From Andalucia godoyi And28 (Eukaryota; Protista; Jakobida): a stretch of 248,000 bases of DNA. A model generated the notes under the pieces. The model saw nothing but the letters and a program-made list of their open reading frames with translations, was not told the DNA's origin and made no database searches. This document shows positions 199,704 to 213,000 of this stretch, piece after piece (the first letter of the stretch is position 1; each line of letters opens with the position of its first letter). Made by a program: the position numbers and the translations under genes. The stretch is from positions 144,001 through 392,000 of the forward strand of contig VRVR01000013.1 in assembly GCA_009859145.1 (NCBI GenBank), read 5' to 3'.

Positions 199704-200162
199704 ATGAGCTTTATTCGAGCTGCGTTTGGTGCGGTACAAGGATTTTTTGCGGGAACAAAGCCAATGCTTGAAGTGTCCAGCCAGATTCAGAAGACGCTGA
199801 TGTCTGATGAGTACTGGGTCCGCATTGTGGAGCCATTCTCCGTGTCGCCTGTTCGAATCGAGTGTTTGGAGCGCGCCGTTGCTTACGATATTGCAAAAGG
199901 AACATTGAAAGAAGCACTCAACAGCGACGCAGGGGCACACAATGTTCTCGTTTTCGACAGCATTGCGACGTTTGAGCGAAAAGGAAAGCCACTTCCTGCG
200001 GATTTCCGGACTGCCAAGCTCAAGGAGAACAATTCTGCTTTGAATCCTTTGGCAGTTGTCATCAAAACAGGGACGGTGTCAAACGACATTCCGTTCACAA
200101 GCACCATGGAGGTCACCTTGAAGAAGCCTGATCCGCAAGAGAAGGGCGATGACAAGAAATGA
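199704..200162 (+). CDS. Small hypothetical protein
   Basis: 152-aa ORF with coding-like composition. Confidence 0.45.
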   Translation: MSFIRAAFGAVQGFFAGTKPMLEVSSQIQKTLMSDEYWVRIVEPFSVSPVRIECLERAVAYDIAKGTLKEALNSDAGAHNVLVFDSIATFERKGKPLPADFRTAKLKENNSALNPLAVVIKTGTVSNDIPFTSTMEVTLKKPDPQEKGDDKK

Positions 200163-200328
200163 ACAAATGAAGGTGCGGGGGCGTAAAACAACCAAGATGT
200201 CTGTTTTCTATACTTAATGGCCTGTTCATTTGTTCTTGCTGTTTAAGCAACGGTTTTTTTTTCCGTTATGCGAACTCATTAATAAAAATACTTGGGTCAT
200301 TTCTTTATTAGTGGTTGTATTTATCACA

Positions 200329-200490
200329 AGACACTGTGCCGCCGTGAGCTGTCCATCGAATCCCGCCGGTGCGTGGGCCGCGATGATCATTCGTCAGTGC
200401 TGGCTCAGCCGGCGGCAGTTCTTGTGTCGGAATCCAGCGGGTATTCCCTAGTGTAAGCGAGTTGGAAATCTGGCGTCCGGCACTCATGAA
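200329..200490 (+). mobile_element. Family B right-end fragment
   Basis: Matches 150425-150598 through ggcactcatgaa. Confidence 0.65.
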
Positions 200491-200623
200491 AAAATATCAT
200501 GGTGATGATGATTGCGGAGGATGTGCGCGAAAAGTCTCTCTGTTTTAGTCTCTCTGTTTTCCGTACATTTCGTGAGCGCTTTCCCGGATTCTCTGCTGTT
200601 TATTGAAATGGGTGCGCCTCTAG

Positions 200624-203600
200624 TTAATATTTGCCTTCCATAGACTGCGCAAACGCATTGAGCACTTCGATAACCTCATCCATTGCAGTCCGATATTCGC
200701 CATCTTCATCCACGAAATCTTCCATTTGCGTCTGCAGCGAAGAGATCTGAGAGACCAAGCTGTTTGACTTGTCGACGAACATCCGACCGAAGTCCGCAGA
200801 GGGAGACGGGCTGGCGGGGCTGGGGGACGCCACTACGTCCTCCGTCGCCTGGTCTGGCTCTTCTCGCCGTTTGCCGAGACGGGCTCGTCTGGAAGGTGCG
200901 GAGCGCTCGGACTTTGGACGGACAACTTCGTTGCTGGGGTCCTTGCTGGGGTCCTTGCTGGGGTCCTTGCTGGAAGCAACCGACGAAGAAGACTCGGCCT
201001 GTTTGATCACAATCTTCACGGATTCAATCACAGACTCCGTAAGAACTCTGGCACCCAGAAGATGTTTTGCAACCACACGGTTGATTTCCTCTGGAAGCGC
201101 TATTGGGGATCCGCAAAGAATTCGCAGACCCGTCAAAAGCACCTTTTCCAATCCAGAAAAGCTGTCGCGCTCCGCAGCAGCCTGTTCAAGAAACAAAGAC
201201 AACAAAGGCAATCCGTCGCTAATCGCATGGTTGAGAACCCAGGCGCCAAACGCGAATTCTGCAAAAACATAGGAAAGATGAAGTGACTGACAAATGAACA
201301 CGTGGAACCTCTTCGAAAACAACAATGCATCCAAATACGTACGATGGACCACAGCAGATGTAATACCGTGCGCAATGTCTCCATACCCGTCGGGAAACGC
201401 ATTTTCGATCTTTTGGCATATTTGTGATGCGGAATTCTTGCCATTCACGGGGACGCCAGCGCCGAGATCAAACGTCATTTGGGAAATGTCGCAAACAAGG
201501 TCCACATAAGCACGCAATCCAGCAAGATCATACACAACAGCCGACGCATACCGTTTCCAATCCTTTCCGGCCTTGTGATGTTCGTAAACACTCGGGAGAA
201601 GGAAAAGATCGGCAAATGGATCGAACCAATCAGCGAAAAATTTCATCGGTGGTGCATCCTTTCTCTCACCGTCCTTCTCCTTCTCCTCGTCTTCTTCGTG
201701 CAGCAAGGAGTCTTTCGAGTGGTCCTCGTGCCAAGTGTCGATGATCGACAAACAGGCATTCCAGAACAAAGGAACATCCAATGTTTTCAAAGTGCGCAAA
201801 AAGAGCTGCAAAAACATGAGATCCACAGAGTGTGGATCGGCCTTGAAACTCGACAAAATCTGCGGGACCTTGGACAGGAATGTTCCATAGTCCTTGTCTT
201901 GAACGGACTGCAGCGTTTTCATGGCTGCCAGCAGTCCAGCCACCTTGTGTCGAGACTCCGACGCATGCGAATCCGGATCGACAGATGCCAATTTCAAACC
202001 CTCGGGAATGAAATAAGAGTAGTCAGATACTTCGGACCGGAATGATACATTATTGCTTCTATCAGATAGAGAGCTCTTCAAAGGGATCGGCTCGCAAATC
202101 TGCAACAGCTGCAATGCCTCTGAAATCTTCTGATCCTGCTGCAGACGGGACGCAGCGGAAGAAATGCTATCAAACGCCTCGTCCAGACGTCTTTGATAAA
202201 TAAGTTTTTCAACATCCCGAACAAACTTGAGGGATTGGTCTTCCTGGGGAAACCGAGACACCGCAATTGGTGCCAAGAAGGCGTTTGTCAAATGAATTCC
202301 CGCAATGTCGCCGTGGGTGCTGAGAACGTGAAACACATCCGGCGATACCGGCGATGCAGACACACCGCACAATGGCCCTGAAAATGGGCTCGACACTTCG
202401 GCGACCGTAAAATGAGGCCCGTGATTCAATGACAGTATCGTGGACTTTCCATCGGCTCCAGCAGTCACAAGGAGCTCTGCGTGCGATTGGGACCAGGAAA
202501 GTCGTCGAACAGGACCATCGTGACACCAAGCGGAAACCACGGGGAACTTTGCATATCGAAGATCCCAGACATTGACAGTCCCCGCAAAACCCGCAGATGC
202601 GCACCAATGCGGAACCATGGGGCTGAAGACAACATCGTGAACCGGTCCAGCGTGGTCACGCACATCGTTTCGACAGAACGTATTTCTGGGAAACTTTCCG
202701 TCCACCGACGAGGAAATGATGGATCTGGCTTGAAGGGAGCTGAGAGCTCGATTTGCCGTCCTCATGATGATTGCCTGTTTTGCTTCCTTTCCTCGTAGCG
202801 ACAGCATGCGGGTGTCGAGGATCTTGATGGAAGACGTTGCGCCGGCAACCGCAACGACATCTGCGTAGAACGGGCTCCAATTGCACGCCAGCAACGGGGC
202901 ATGGGATACCCGCGCGACCGAGAGCGGCCTTTGGTCGCTGTAACCACCAGAACAGTCCCAAATTGCCAATCTGCTTTGCTCCACGACGGCTGCCTTGCTA
203001 GGATTGAGCTTGCAGATTCTTACCGAATTCACCTGTCGTGATGGGTACCACTCATTAGGAACGGGTGCGTCTTCCGACTTGACATTAAATCTCGCGCCCC
203101 CATTTGGCTTCAGCTGCTCGGACTGCGAATCCGAGTCGTCGCCGCTGTCATACAGCTTTTCCTGCTCGAGGTTCGACGCCGACTTGTGCATTGGAGAGGC
203201 AGCATTCGACGCCGACGGTGACATGGAAGCACTGAGCGTGCTCGGGGTTCTCCATTTCGCCCGCAGCTCATAGTCTTCGGACGGCTGTGTCCGAGACGAC
203301 CGGTGATCCACAAGCGACGGCGGTGCATGAACCACGGAAACAGTCCCGTCCAAATGACCCAACAGCATGGTTTCGTCATTCCAGTCCATCGACGTGATGG
203401 GCATTGGTGAATGGAACGCCCCGACTGACTGATAGCCAATTTGCTTGACCGAGCCCTTTCCTCGCCGCACGTCTTCTTCTTCAGGAGTGAACAGCTCAAA
203501 CGAAAAAAGGTCTCCGTTCACCGAGCTTGAGCAAACTGCCAGTACGTTCTGCTTGTCATGCATGCAGGAATCATGAAACAAGAACAGATCTTCATCTGCA

Positions 203601-203761
203601 GCAAACGTGTCGCCGCCATTGCCGTTATTGTGATTCGATAGATGAGACGCATGGTGCTCAGACACACACAGCAAGTCCGCGGAACCCTGCAGCCCAGCCA
203701 GATTCGCCTCTTGTCGCCACGACGCTATCGAGCTTCGAAACCCTGATTTCATCCACTCCAC
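200624..203761 (-). CDS. WD40-repeat protein
   Basis: Several GH/WD-type repeats in N-terminal half. Confidence 0.7.
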   Translation of the reverse strand: MEWMKSGFRSSIASWRQEANLAGLQGSADLLCVSEHHASHLSNHNNGNGGDTFAADEDLFLFHDSCMHDKQNVLAVCSSSVNGDLFSFELFTPEEEDVRRGKGSVKQIGYQSVGAFHSPMPITSMDWNDETMLLGHLDGTVSVVHAPPSLVDHRSSRTQPSEDYELRAKWRTPSTLSASMSPSASNAASPMHKSASNLEQEKLYDSGDDSDSQSEQLKPNGGARFNVKSEDAPVPNEWYPSRQVNSVRICKLNPSKAAVVEQSRLAIWDCSGGYSDQRPLSVARVSHAPLLACNWSPFYADVVAVAGATSSIKILDTRMLSLRGKEAKQAIIMRTANRALSSLQARSIISSSVDGKFPRNTFCRNDVRDHAGPVHDVVFSPMVPHWCASAGFAGTVNVWDLRYAKFPVVSAWCHDGPVRRLSWSQSHAELLVTAGADGKSTILSLNHGPHFTVAEVSSPFSGPLCGVSASPVSPDVFHVLSTHGDIAGIHLTNAFLAPIAVSRFPQEDQSLKFVRDVEKLIYQRRLDEAFDSISSAASRLQQDQKISEALQLLQICEPIPLKSSLSDRSNNVSFRSEVSDYSYFIPEGLKLASVDPDSHASESRHKVAGLLAAMKTLQSVQDKDYGTFLSKVPQILSSFKADPHSVDLMFLQLFLRTLKTLDVPLFWNACLSIIDTWHEDHSKDSLLHEEDEEKEKDGERKDAPPMKFFADWFDPFADLFLLPSVYEHHKAGKDWKRYASAVVYDLAGLRAYVDLVCDISQMTFDLGAGVPVNGKNSASQICQKIENAFPDGYGDIAHGITSAVVHRTYLDALLFSKRFHVFICQSLHLSYVFAEFAFGAWVLNHAISDGLPLLSLFLEQAAAERDSFSGLEKVLLTGLRILCGSPIALPEEINRVVAKHLLGARVLTESVIESVKIVIKQAESSSSVASSKDPSKDPSKDPSNEVVRPKSERSAPSRRARLGKRREEPDQATEDVVASPSPASPSPSADFGRMFVDKSNSLVSQISSLQTQMEDFVDEDGEYRTAMDEVIEVLNAFAQSMEGKY

Positions 203762-204065
203762 TCCACTCCAACCCTCTCAAAAGCAGTGTTTGACTAACGG
203801 CAATAATTCGGAACGCCGCAAGTTGTGGTAACCCAGCAATCGAAGAGGACCGACCCCCAACACACACCAACACCAAAAACAAAACAAAAAAAAAAAAACA
203901 GGTAGGATCACGTGATGCTAGTCTGTGTAGAGAGAATAACCGCACCATCCTCTTCGACGGTCGCGTTGTGCTTTTGGGTCTCTTTTCAGAAGCACAGACG
204001 CTGTTTTCGTCAGAAAGGAAAAGGTTTAACAAAAGAGAAAGAGAGGAAAAGTTAAAACTTTAGAG

Positions 204066-204553
204066 ATGTCGGCTGCATATCGTGCGACTTGCCGTTTGTT
204101 CACCCAGGAAGGCTTCAACCAAGCATTCGAGGCTTACCGTGTCAAGTACATTGCCACTGGCTCATTTGCGCCCATTGCCCATCTTTTGGCCTTTGTTGGC
204201 GGTGTTTCTTGTATGTCACCCCCCTTCTCTATTTCTTTCATTGCATTTTCATCCTCTTCATCTGCACGGTCATTGCCGACGTGCCATGGCTTCCTCGCCT
204301 GTTGGTGCGTCTTTCTTTTCCTTTTCGAACTGTGCCAGTTTAAAAAAAATATTATTGTTTTTTTGTTTTGTTTTGTTTTGGTTGCTAATGTATGTCTGTA
204401 TCTGTTTGCTACTTGAAAATGTTTGCAGATATCCGCGAGTTTTCTCATTTGCGCCACAAGAAGCAGGCTGCTCGTGAAGCCGCCATCCAGCAGCGCATTG
204501 ATGCTGCCATCAAGGAGGGAAAGACCGGTGCTCCTGCTCACGCTCACCACTAA
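204066..204553 (+). CDS. Mitochondrial ATP synthase subunit f-like (two exons)
   Basis: YRVKYIATGSFAPIAH spliced to YIREFSHLRH; resembles plant subunit f. Confidence 0.6.
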
Positions 204554-204694
204554 GGAGAATTCGTCTTTCGAGATACTTCAGTGAGCGCTTCCGTTCAGTA
204601 AAGAACAACAAACAAACCAAACCAAAAGAAACGACCTCGAAACGCAGACACACGATCGCTCCAGCAGATTCCGTGTAGCAGCGCTACCATCTAC

Positions 204695-206434
204695 CTATCG
204701 ACCGATGGTGATGATACGTTCCCAGTCGGTAACGGGGAATAATGCAGTTTGGAACACAATAACAGACCCCTGCACGCAGTCTACAAGCTGTGATCCATCG
204801 TCGGCGAATCGGAAACGACGCATCACCGGATGAACGGATGAATTGAATGTGGAACTCATGCACAACCGATTCATTTGCTTCATCAGGTTCCGGCCAATGC
204901 ACACATGACGGGCGTAGGACTGGAGAAGGACAACGAGTTTACGAATCGAAGATTTCCCGTGGAACTCGTTTCCTTCTCCTTCTTGCTCTTGTTCTTGTTC
205001 TGCCGCGCCGCTGTTTTCGAGAGCACCTTCATTCTGCGACTGGTCATCTGCATCAGTTATACCGAGTGCATGGTTTTCAAGAAGCTTGAAAGCCACTAGA
205101 AGCGCGGCGGATGCGTTTCTACCGTCTCGACACACCACGCAGATCTTCCTGCTATCTGCAGATCCCAAAGACTTGTATATCAGAGGGCACAGCAGCTGGA
205201 AAGTATATCGATCTTTCTTGACGTTTGGAACCGGAAAGAGCAGTAGCAGAGAATCCAGCGAATTCGGATCATTTCTCGTCCTCCATCTCTGCAATGCACC
205301 GGAAATCACATCCTGGTCGCCAACACAAAGGAAACGGCTGACATCGGAACTCGCAAAAGACGGAATGTACTCCACAGACGATGCAGGACCGATGCAGAAT
205401 CGTCGAAATGAGGACGCACACAGCGAAAAGCCAAACAACTCCGCCGCTGTGCCATCGGCATTCTGGTCTTGAGCATTCTCGGCTGCAAGAGACTTCTCTG
205501 CCTCGACAACGACCTCATCTATAAACAAGTCAAAGTCATCATCGGGCAGCAGGCTACTCAAAATTCGCTGCCAGTTTGTCCAAAACATGCGCGGCGTAAG
205601 GCCGCGACTCCATGTCTCCGCATCGTCTCCGGAGCCTTGGACGTAGACCCAGCTTTTCTGGGTTGGAGAATACGACTCGTCTTCAGGCGAAGCAGGCTCG
205701 GAAGCGCAAATGCAAACCAGCGGAACATACGGAAAACGGGACGTATCAAACTCCATGTGATCATAAACCGTGTCTGGATTGACGTATACACACTTGAGAG
205801 GCCGGAATGGCGTATCCAATACACTACTGTCCCGCCAATCAGGCAGCGATTCCACGTACTCTAGCGCCTTCTGGTGGAAATCATCGAGGAGCTTGTGGAT
205901 CTGTGTAATTTCCAGGTCGGATACCCATCTTGGCAAGTGCAAGTACTCTCGCAGAGCGGCGTGATGATCGGTCCTTTTCGAAAAGATGGTGCTCAGCACC
206001 GCCGCCCAGATTGGGATGGTCCGTGACATGGAGTCAGGGAACCGCTTTCCCTTGCGGGTGGAATCGACGATGATAGCGCCTTGTCGCTGGAAAGCAACTC
206101 GTGCAACATGCAAGTTCAGCCGCGAAACATGGAACGACCAATGGCCATAATGACCGTCCGTGGATTTAAAGTAGCACGTATCAAACACGGGAATCCGAGA
206201 AGGATCTACATACCACTCGCCCGCTCGAAGATTCGCAAACAGGGGAAACTGACACACGGAGCCAAAGTACCGAAACGCATCCACCACGAAATTCGAATCA
206301 TGATCAATAGAGTGCAAGCGGTTCCGAATCCTCGTCGCACACCGCTTCACAGCTTTGACCTCCCTCCAAGACATTCCCCCCCTAGAAGAGAAAATTAAAA
206401 TTAAAAAAAGAAATTGAGAATAAAACAGTCGCAA
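204695..206434 (-). CDS. RIT1: tRNA A64-2'-O-ribosylphosphate transferase
   Basis: NLRAGEWYV, YFKSTDGH, VDSTRKGKRFPDSMSRTIPIW. Confidence 0.88.
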   Translation of the reverse strand: MRLFYSQFLFLILIFSSRGGMSWREVKAVKRCATRIRNRLHSIDHDSNFVVDAFRYFGSVCQFPLFANLRAGEWYVDPSRIPVFDTCYFKSTDGHYGHWSFHVSRLNLHVARVAFQRQGAIIVDSTRKGKRFPDSMSRTIPIWAAVLSTIFSKRTDHHAALREYLHLPRWVSDLEITQIHKLLDDFHQKALEYVESLPDWRDSSVLDTPFRPLKCVYVNPDTVYDHMEFDTSRFPYVPLVCICASEPASPEDESYSPTQKSWVYVQGSGDDAETWSRGLTPRMFWTNWQRILSSLLPDDDFDLFIDEVVVEAEKSLAAENAQDQNADGTAAELFGFSLCASSFRRFCIGPASSVEYIPSFASSDVSRFLCVGDQDVISGALQRWRTRNDPNSLDSLLLLFPVPNVKKDRYTFQLLCPLIYKSLGSADSRKICVVCRDGRNASAALLVAFKLLENHALGITDADDQSQNEGALENSGAAEQEQEQEGEGNEFHGKSSIRKLVVLLQSYARHVCIGRNLMKQMNRLCMSSTFNSSVHPVMRRFRFADDGSQLVDCVQGSVIVFQTALFPVTDWERIITIGR

Positions 206435-207009
206435 AACAGTATTCTAAAAATTATAAAAAACTAAAGAATAATATATTAGATCATTAAATAAAATAATAGA
206501 TCATCGATTCCGTTTTGCGCCAGATGGACTCGAGTGGCCTCAAGCCCTCTTCCTTGCGGGTCATATGGTGTTGGTGCATCGCTTCGTATCTCCGTTTTTC
206601 TTCATTAAAGCATGCAGGCTCATAAACAGTTAGAATATCACAAAAAAGAAAGCTTCACGATCGACCACAGCATGCGATACGATCCAAAGTGCTGAGCTGG
206701 ACTTGCTTCTTGAGATGTATTCAACGAAGCTTGTGGAGTTTGCTTCGCGGTTGGATGACAGGAAAAGCGACAAAAAGGTACGCATTTTCCCTTTTCGATT
206801 TCTCTCTTTTTATCTGTTTTTTATATTCATTTGCATCTCATTTGAAATGCTTCTCTGCTTGGATCGCGTCCGAAAGAGCAGCCTATTTCGTCACCGTTGT
206901 TATTATTATTATTATTTTTGTTGTTGCTGCTGCTGCTTCGGGTTCTGTTGTACATAATTTTTAATGAAAAATCACACTGAAAATGTTCATTTCCTCTCAA
207001 TAGAAACTG

Positions 207010-210000
207010 TTGGTCGATATTCATCGTTGGTTCCTTGATAATAAAGATGGTTTGAAAGAAGCGTTGCAGAATTCGTCTGCGGATTCACAGGAATTGGAGG
207101 TTCAGTGCGGACCACTTTTGGAGAAGATCCTGCGAGTCATTCCTTCCTTGTTGGAAGGCTCTCGCTCCGAAGACATTATCAAACTTCAAATTCTGTCGCC
207201 ATTTGAGAAGATTCTCATTGCATATGTTGAGTTGTTTGCTATGGCAACCATGAAGCACCAAGTCCTCATACTGGAATGCTTGATGGGTATGTTTGGCGAT
207301 CCCGGAGCATGCCTTCCTGCTGTTAGCGCACTGTGTTTCTTGGTTCGCTGCAGCGTCTCTTTTCGCGAGCGTGTCCCGTTGCAAGTCATGTATGGCATGT
207401 TAAAAGGTGCCAGAGAAGCGGTCACCAACAATCCCAAGCTCGAGCTGCGGGATGTAACGCTGCTTGTTGAGAAGCTGCTCGCTATCGTCAGAATCTATCC
207501 CGATTCGTATTTTGATTCACTCGCGGCGTTCACCGAGTCTGCCGACTCCGAGAAACTAGACTCGTCGCGTGTCGTCGGAAGACTGACCAAGTTGTGCATT
207601 GACTTGTTGAAAGCCGCAATTCCGCTGTCCTCTCACATGACGTCACGTGGCGTTTTTGACGTTTTGCGCCTCTGTCTGGAGGTTTCGCGAAAGTTTTCTG
207701 CAATCTTTCCTCTGAGCTGCTTTTTGTTTCTGGAGAGCATTTGTGATCTGACATTTGTGAAAGAGTCGTTCGCGTTCCAAGATTTGCTCAATGACAAGCT
207801 GCTGGATGACAGGTTGATCCATGATCACTTGTTTGAGCAGTTTTGCAGCTTGCGATTCAAGCTCTCGTTTGGATCGAAAATCGTTTTTCGTTTCCTTGAT
207901 CTTGATCCTGGTTCTGTTGTGCGGCTGTTTGTCAATGCCGTGGAAAAGGGATCCAATTTCGGTCGCGCTGACCATTCTCGTCTCTTGGGACGGTTTCGTG
208001 TTGCCAGCCTGCTGGAATTGTGCAGCATGCATCATCGACATTTGCTGCGCCTGCAGGTGCCACCGAGTTCAGAGGAACACGGAATGAGTACCGCTGCTAA
208101 ACGTCCGAAAAAACCGGCACCGCATTTGGTGTTTGCCTCTGAAGTCGATTTATGGCTTGCCTGCAGAACAGACGAGCGACCGCTGTCTCCCGCGGTTCAA
208201 GTTTTCTGGTATTCTGCACAGTTGTTAGCCATTCAAGACATCCTGCAAATGACGAGATCCCATGTCCCAGACCCTTCTGATCGAGAATCCGTGTTGATTC
208301 CTCTTTTGAAAGGGTTTTTGCTGTGCCTTGAACGGTTGTGCCAGTTTCCTCCCGCATCGATTCTTGCGATGGAATCTTTACTGCTATCATTGCCGGAACT
208401 GATGCTGTGCGCGCTTGATCTCCATCGCTCCTACAGTGACGCTGTCCCGATTGTCCAGCACGGCGTTTGCTTTTCGCTGTTGTCCAATCTTCTGTATCAA
208501 CTGGTGTCCGCATCTTCGTTCCTTTCGTGTTCCATTTCCCCCAGTGCGACGTTTGCTATTTTTCATTGTCTCAATATACTGTATGGCGACCGCAGTGTTT
208601 TGGAGAGTTCTCTGATTTCAGAAGCGCAAAGATTGAGTGTGATGCAGTGCGTCCTTTGTCAAGTCTGCGACAGCCCCAGTTTGCCATTGATTCAACGGTG
208701 GTTTTTGGACTCCCAGTTTTACGCTTGGATTTCGAGCCAGCTGTTTTCGCCCTGTGTTGGCTTCGATGTGGACAAGAGCGATCATTTGCCGAAGTTCCGT
208801 CGGACATTTGTTTCGGTTCTCGATCAACTGTTTTCGAAAGGCACATGTGCGGCGTTTGGATGCAACTTTCTTGTGCACATCGAAGATGATCGTGTCGATC
208901 GTGCGGCTAGTGCACTCTTTTTTCTGCCCCACGCGCAATTCTCAGCGTTTCTTGAGCGCGTGTTCGCTTCCGACGGCGAAAAGCTGTCTGCTTTTCGGTT
209001 GATCTTCCAGAGCGCCACCAACTGGCACCAGTTGACTGTTTTGACGTTCTTCCTTCAAAACGTTGGGTTTCCCGGTCCTGATTTTGTGGATGACTATGCA
209101 AACGATAACTTGAAGGCATTGCTGAACTCTATCGATGTCTTGCTTCCGCGTGCACTGGTGCAACTGGCAGATTGCGGTGCGTTTTTCCTGTGTCCTATTC
209201 CTGGAGCCTCGCTAGAAAAAATGGAATCAGTGCTAGCCCTTTATGTTGCACGGTATGCTCATTTCATCCGAGTTGTTCGTGAAAGCCGCTCGTTTTACCG
209301 AATTTATACGTCAAAAAACGACAGCTCTATGGTCATGGAGGTTTACGCAGATGATTATGCGGATCTTTTAACAAGCAATTTGTTTGCGGTTGTGAAGGTC
209401 TTCCAGGCTGCACCATGGTTCCCCGCCTTCTGGAACAATGTTCTTGACGCAGAGTCCAAGACAGCTGTGCTGTTTTGCCGCATGGCGCTATACATTGAAG
209501 GCGTGTCGTTACTGCTGACCAGCAGTAATGCCGCAACATCCGCAGTGGACGAAATTGTGGATCAGAATTTTTGGGAGGACGCCATTTCACAGTACACTTC
209601 CCGACCAAGTTTAACGTATCGTGACTGGCATGACCACTGCTCATGCATCCCGACGCTCCTACTCTCTCGGTTTGTCAGCTTCGTTCTGGACTGCACGGTC
209701 GTTCGTTCGAATGTATTAAAGAGTTGGCGGCAGAGTGTCATCCGTGATTCCTTGCGCTTTGTCTTGCTGTCTTCCTCGTTTTTGAATACTGAAACATTCA
209801 AAAACATTCTTCGCCTTTCCCAGGAATTTCCTACTCTGCGCGACACAGCAACATTCCTCCCAGTTTTTGTCCACCTTTTTCCTCGCCTTCCGGACGATCC
209901 GCAGGTCCTCGATAACCTGCCGTTGGAAATTGTGCCTCACCTAAGCGCGCTGGTGGAAAGTCGCCTCGTCTCCTTCTTGCGATCGGTTCCAGTGGCCTTC

Positions 210001-213000
210001 TCAGTATCTGGATCCCGTTTGACTGATTCCTGCCTTTTTTTCCTCCGCCAATGCTCAAAAATAGCCTATCAGCTGGATCGATACTCCATGAATCCTCTTA
210101 TTCTGGCGTCCCTTTCGGTGTCCCAGTTTGCCTTTCCCCTGCTGTTTCGGCAAGAGTTTCGACGGAACTTCCTCCTTGGTTCCGTGTCTTCTCAGTGGTT
210201 CTGTGATTTGTGTCTGAGAAACAATTTGAGACAATCCCTTGTATCCTTCCTTCCATGGCACGATTTGGATATGAATGTACTCATCGTTTGCACGCAACTT
210301 TCTGCGACCTCAGCGTATTTTTCACGGGATGCATCATTCCAAGCCTATTCTTCTTTGATGGCAGATGCGGGTCTTTCACCCGACAGGAGCTGGTTTGGGA
210401 AGGCATACTCGTTCCTATCCAGTTTTGTGAACTCAGTTTCAAATGATGTCAGCAGATTGACTGCTGCCGACCGTGCGTATTTTCTTTGGATCTACTTCAT
210501 TCGGAGCGTTGTTGGGTGGAATTTTGACACTCCGATGGTCAATTCGTTCAGACGACTTGTTCAAAAGCTACCGGCATCCGAGTCTTGTGCGTTTGCTGAG
210601 CTGTGTGTCACTGCTCTGTATTGTCTTCCTCGCGATGGGTTCTGCGTGCATTCATTTTTGCAGTCTGTCATTCTCATATTCCTCTCGCCAGAGTGTGATT
210701 CGACGGTAACCAGTGGTTCTTCAGATAGAGAATTTCAGTGCAGCTCATTGTTCGATCCCCTGATTTGCAAGCGTATGCTTTCTTGTGATTTTCAACTATT
210801 TGTTTTTCTCCCACCCGCTTTCTGCCCCGCCTCCATAACCATCAACATCACCATCACCATCTAAGCTCTTTTATTTTCCCCTTCGCAAATTACAGAAATG
210901 TTGTCCTGGCTGATCGGAGCTCCCTCAACGGTCCTGTCGCTGCCAATCGTGAAGAAGTACCTGCAAGCACTGAATATTGTAAGCAAGACATCAGTTACAC
211001 TCCGCAGTTTGATTTCTGTGTTCTCAGTGACGACGAAGTCTCCATCTCAATCGACCGTCGATGATTGCTTGCCGTTGTCAAGTGCCATAGAAAACTTCTT
211101 GGGCGTGCTTGCCGTCGTTGGTTCTTTCAAAATCGACGTGATAAAGCCGCGTGTTTCTCGTCTCCTGACTGCATTCGAGCAGTCTGCGGACCACGTCGAA
211201 ATCGCGGATCCTGCAGTGGTTTCTTGGTTTCATCGCTTGCAATCGACATGCAAGGAATTAGAATCGATTTTTGCAGACGACCTCCCGTGTTCTTCCATGT
211301 TGCAGCGGATTCGTTTTTTCGCGTCGTGCAGAATTCCCAACAACATCGCCATTCTGTCATCCAATGGGACCTTGGTGTCCTCTTCTTCTTGGAACAATCC
211401 GCATCCTCTAAGCTGGATTGTTCGTCTGGCTTTCCGCGAATTATCGCTTGTACCAGAATTCAATATGTGGGTTCAAGAAAATGGACGTGTGCAAACAGAG
211501 GTGTTTGGAATGCGTCCTCTTGACATTGGAAGTGAGTTGATGTCTCTACTGCCCTTGAACTTTCACGGATGGAGTTCCAAGATACCATTACTGATCGAGA
211601 TGCTCGTCCAAGCTTCTCTGTGGTCATCGGATACTGATGTGGAAACTAGGTTGTGTGTATGGAAGATATTAGGAAAGTCTCTTTGCAACCCCGCGCCCCC
211701 TCTTTCACCTGATATCATGGGGCACCGGGGTGTCGATGATTTCAGATCGTTTGTCCGGCGAATTTCCAAGTGCTTGGAGGAAGGGGTGGACCATCTTCGA
211801 CGATACTCTGTACCGGATTTGCGACTGCAGCGCACTGTTTTTCAAAATTGGATTGCAGATTTTGTTGCCGGGGTCTTGTTTGATTTGGGTGGGGTTTCGA
211901 TGTACCACTCTTTCCGGGACGTCGCGCTATTTTCTTGGAGATGCAGTGTTCTTCTGTTTCCGTTTGTCGTGATTGAGTGTTTCCTACTGTCTTCGTCTTC
212001 ATCATCTGCAGGACAAAGGGCATGGAAGCGGATTCATGATGCCTTTGTTTTTGTAATGAAGCATTGCATCGAGCTGGCGGATGAGATTCGATTCCGGGCC
212101 GAGACAGATCCTCTTCGTCAGCAAGCGGTCATCATTGCCGAAACCTTGTCGTTTTCGAGCCATTGTTATTTCGTTTTGCAGAAATGTCAAGGAAGTCCTC
212201 CAAAAGAGTTGGCGTGGCTCTGTGGTGAGAAAGAATTGTCTCCGTGTTTTGAACTTGATTTTGATTTTGTAACACGATTCTTATTGACTGTCGGCAGGAC
212301 CGCAGAAGCCTTTGCGCTGTTTGACTTTTACCAGCATGATCACGCTTCATCCTGTGGCGGACCGTCTGTTCTGAACTACATGTTTCAGGACACAGTGCGT
212401 TCACATCAGGAGAATTCGCAATTGCTGTCTTCTGCTGTGTTGCAAGCCTATCACGACGTCCGGGAACTGCAATTCGGGATGTTCCCATCAATATCCGCAA
212501 AGTCTTTTGTGGACGCAGGCTTGCAAAAGTATATTCCATTCACCGCAGCCTTGGCTCTAGCAGAGGAAGACGACTGTCTGCTGCTTGAAAGGCACCGACT
212601 GCTGAGTTCAGCACTCGACAAGTCTGGCAATTATTTGTCCCGTGATCTGTTGCTTGCCCAGCAATACTCCAGCGCAAAGGATATCTTCAATACGACCTCT
212701 GCAAAGATGTTTGAACTTGGTGTGTCGAAAGCGTTCAAGGACGCACGCGATTTCCTGGTTGTGCATTCCGAAATGTTCAAACAAACAGTCCGTTTGTCAG
212801 CTTGGAATATGCAGTCGTCCAGCGACACAAACTACTTCTTCGATGCTCGTGCACCACACTCCTCTCGCATGCTGTCTCTGGATTTGGACTCGTTCCTGTC
212901 GGCCGCTACTCCACGTGCACTCCTATCGATGATTCCTTGCTTCAAATTCGCGACGTCTGGAAGAGATGCTGAGGAAGAAGATTTGGACTGGTGCCAGCTG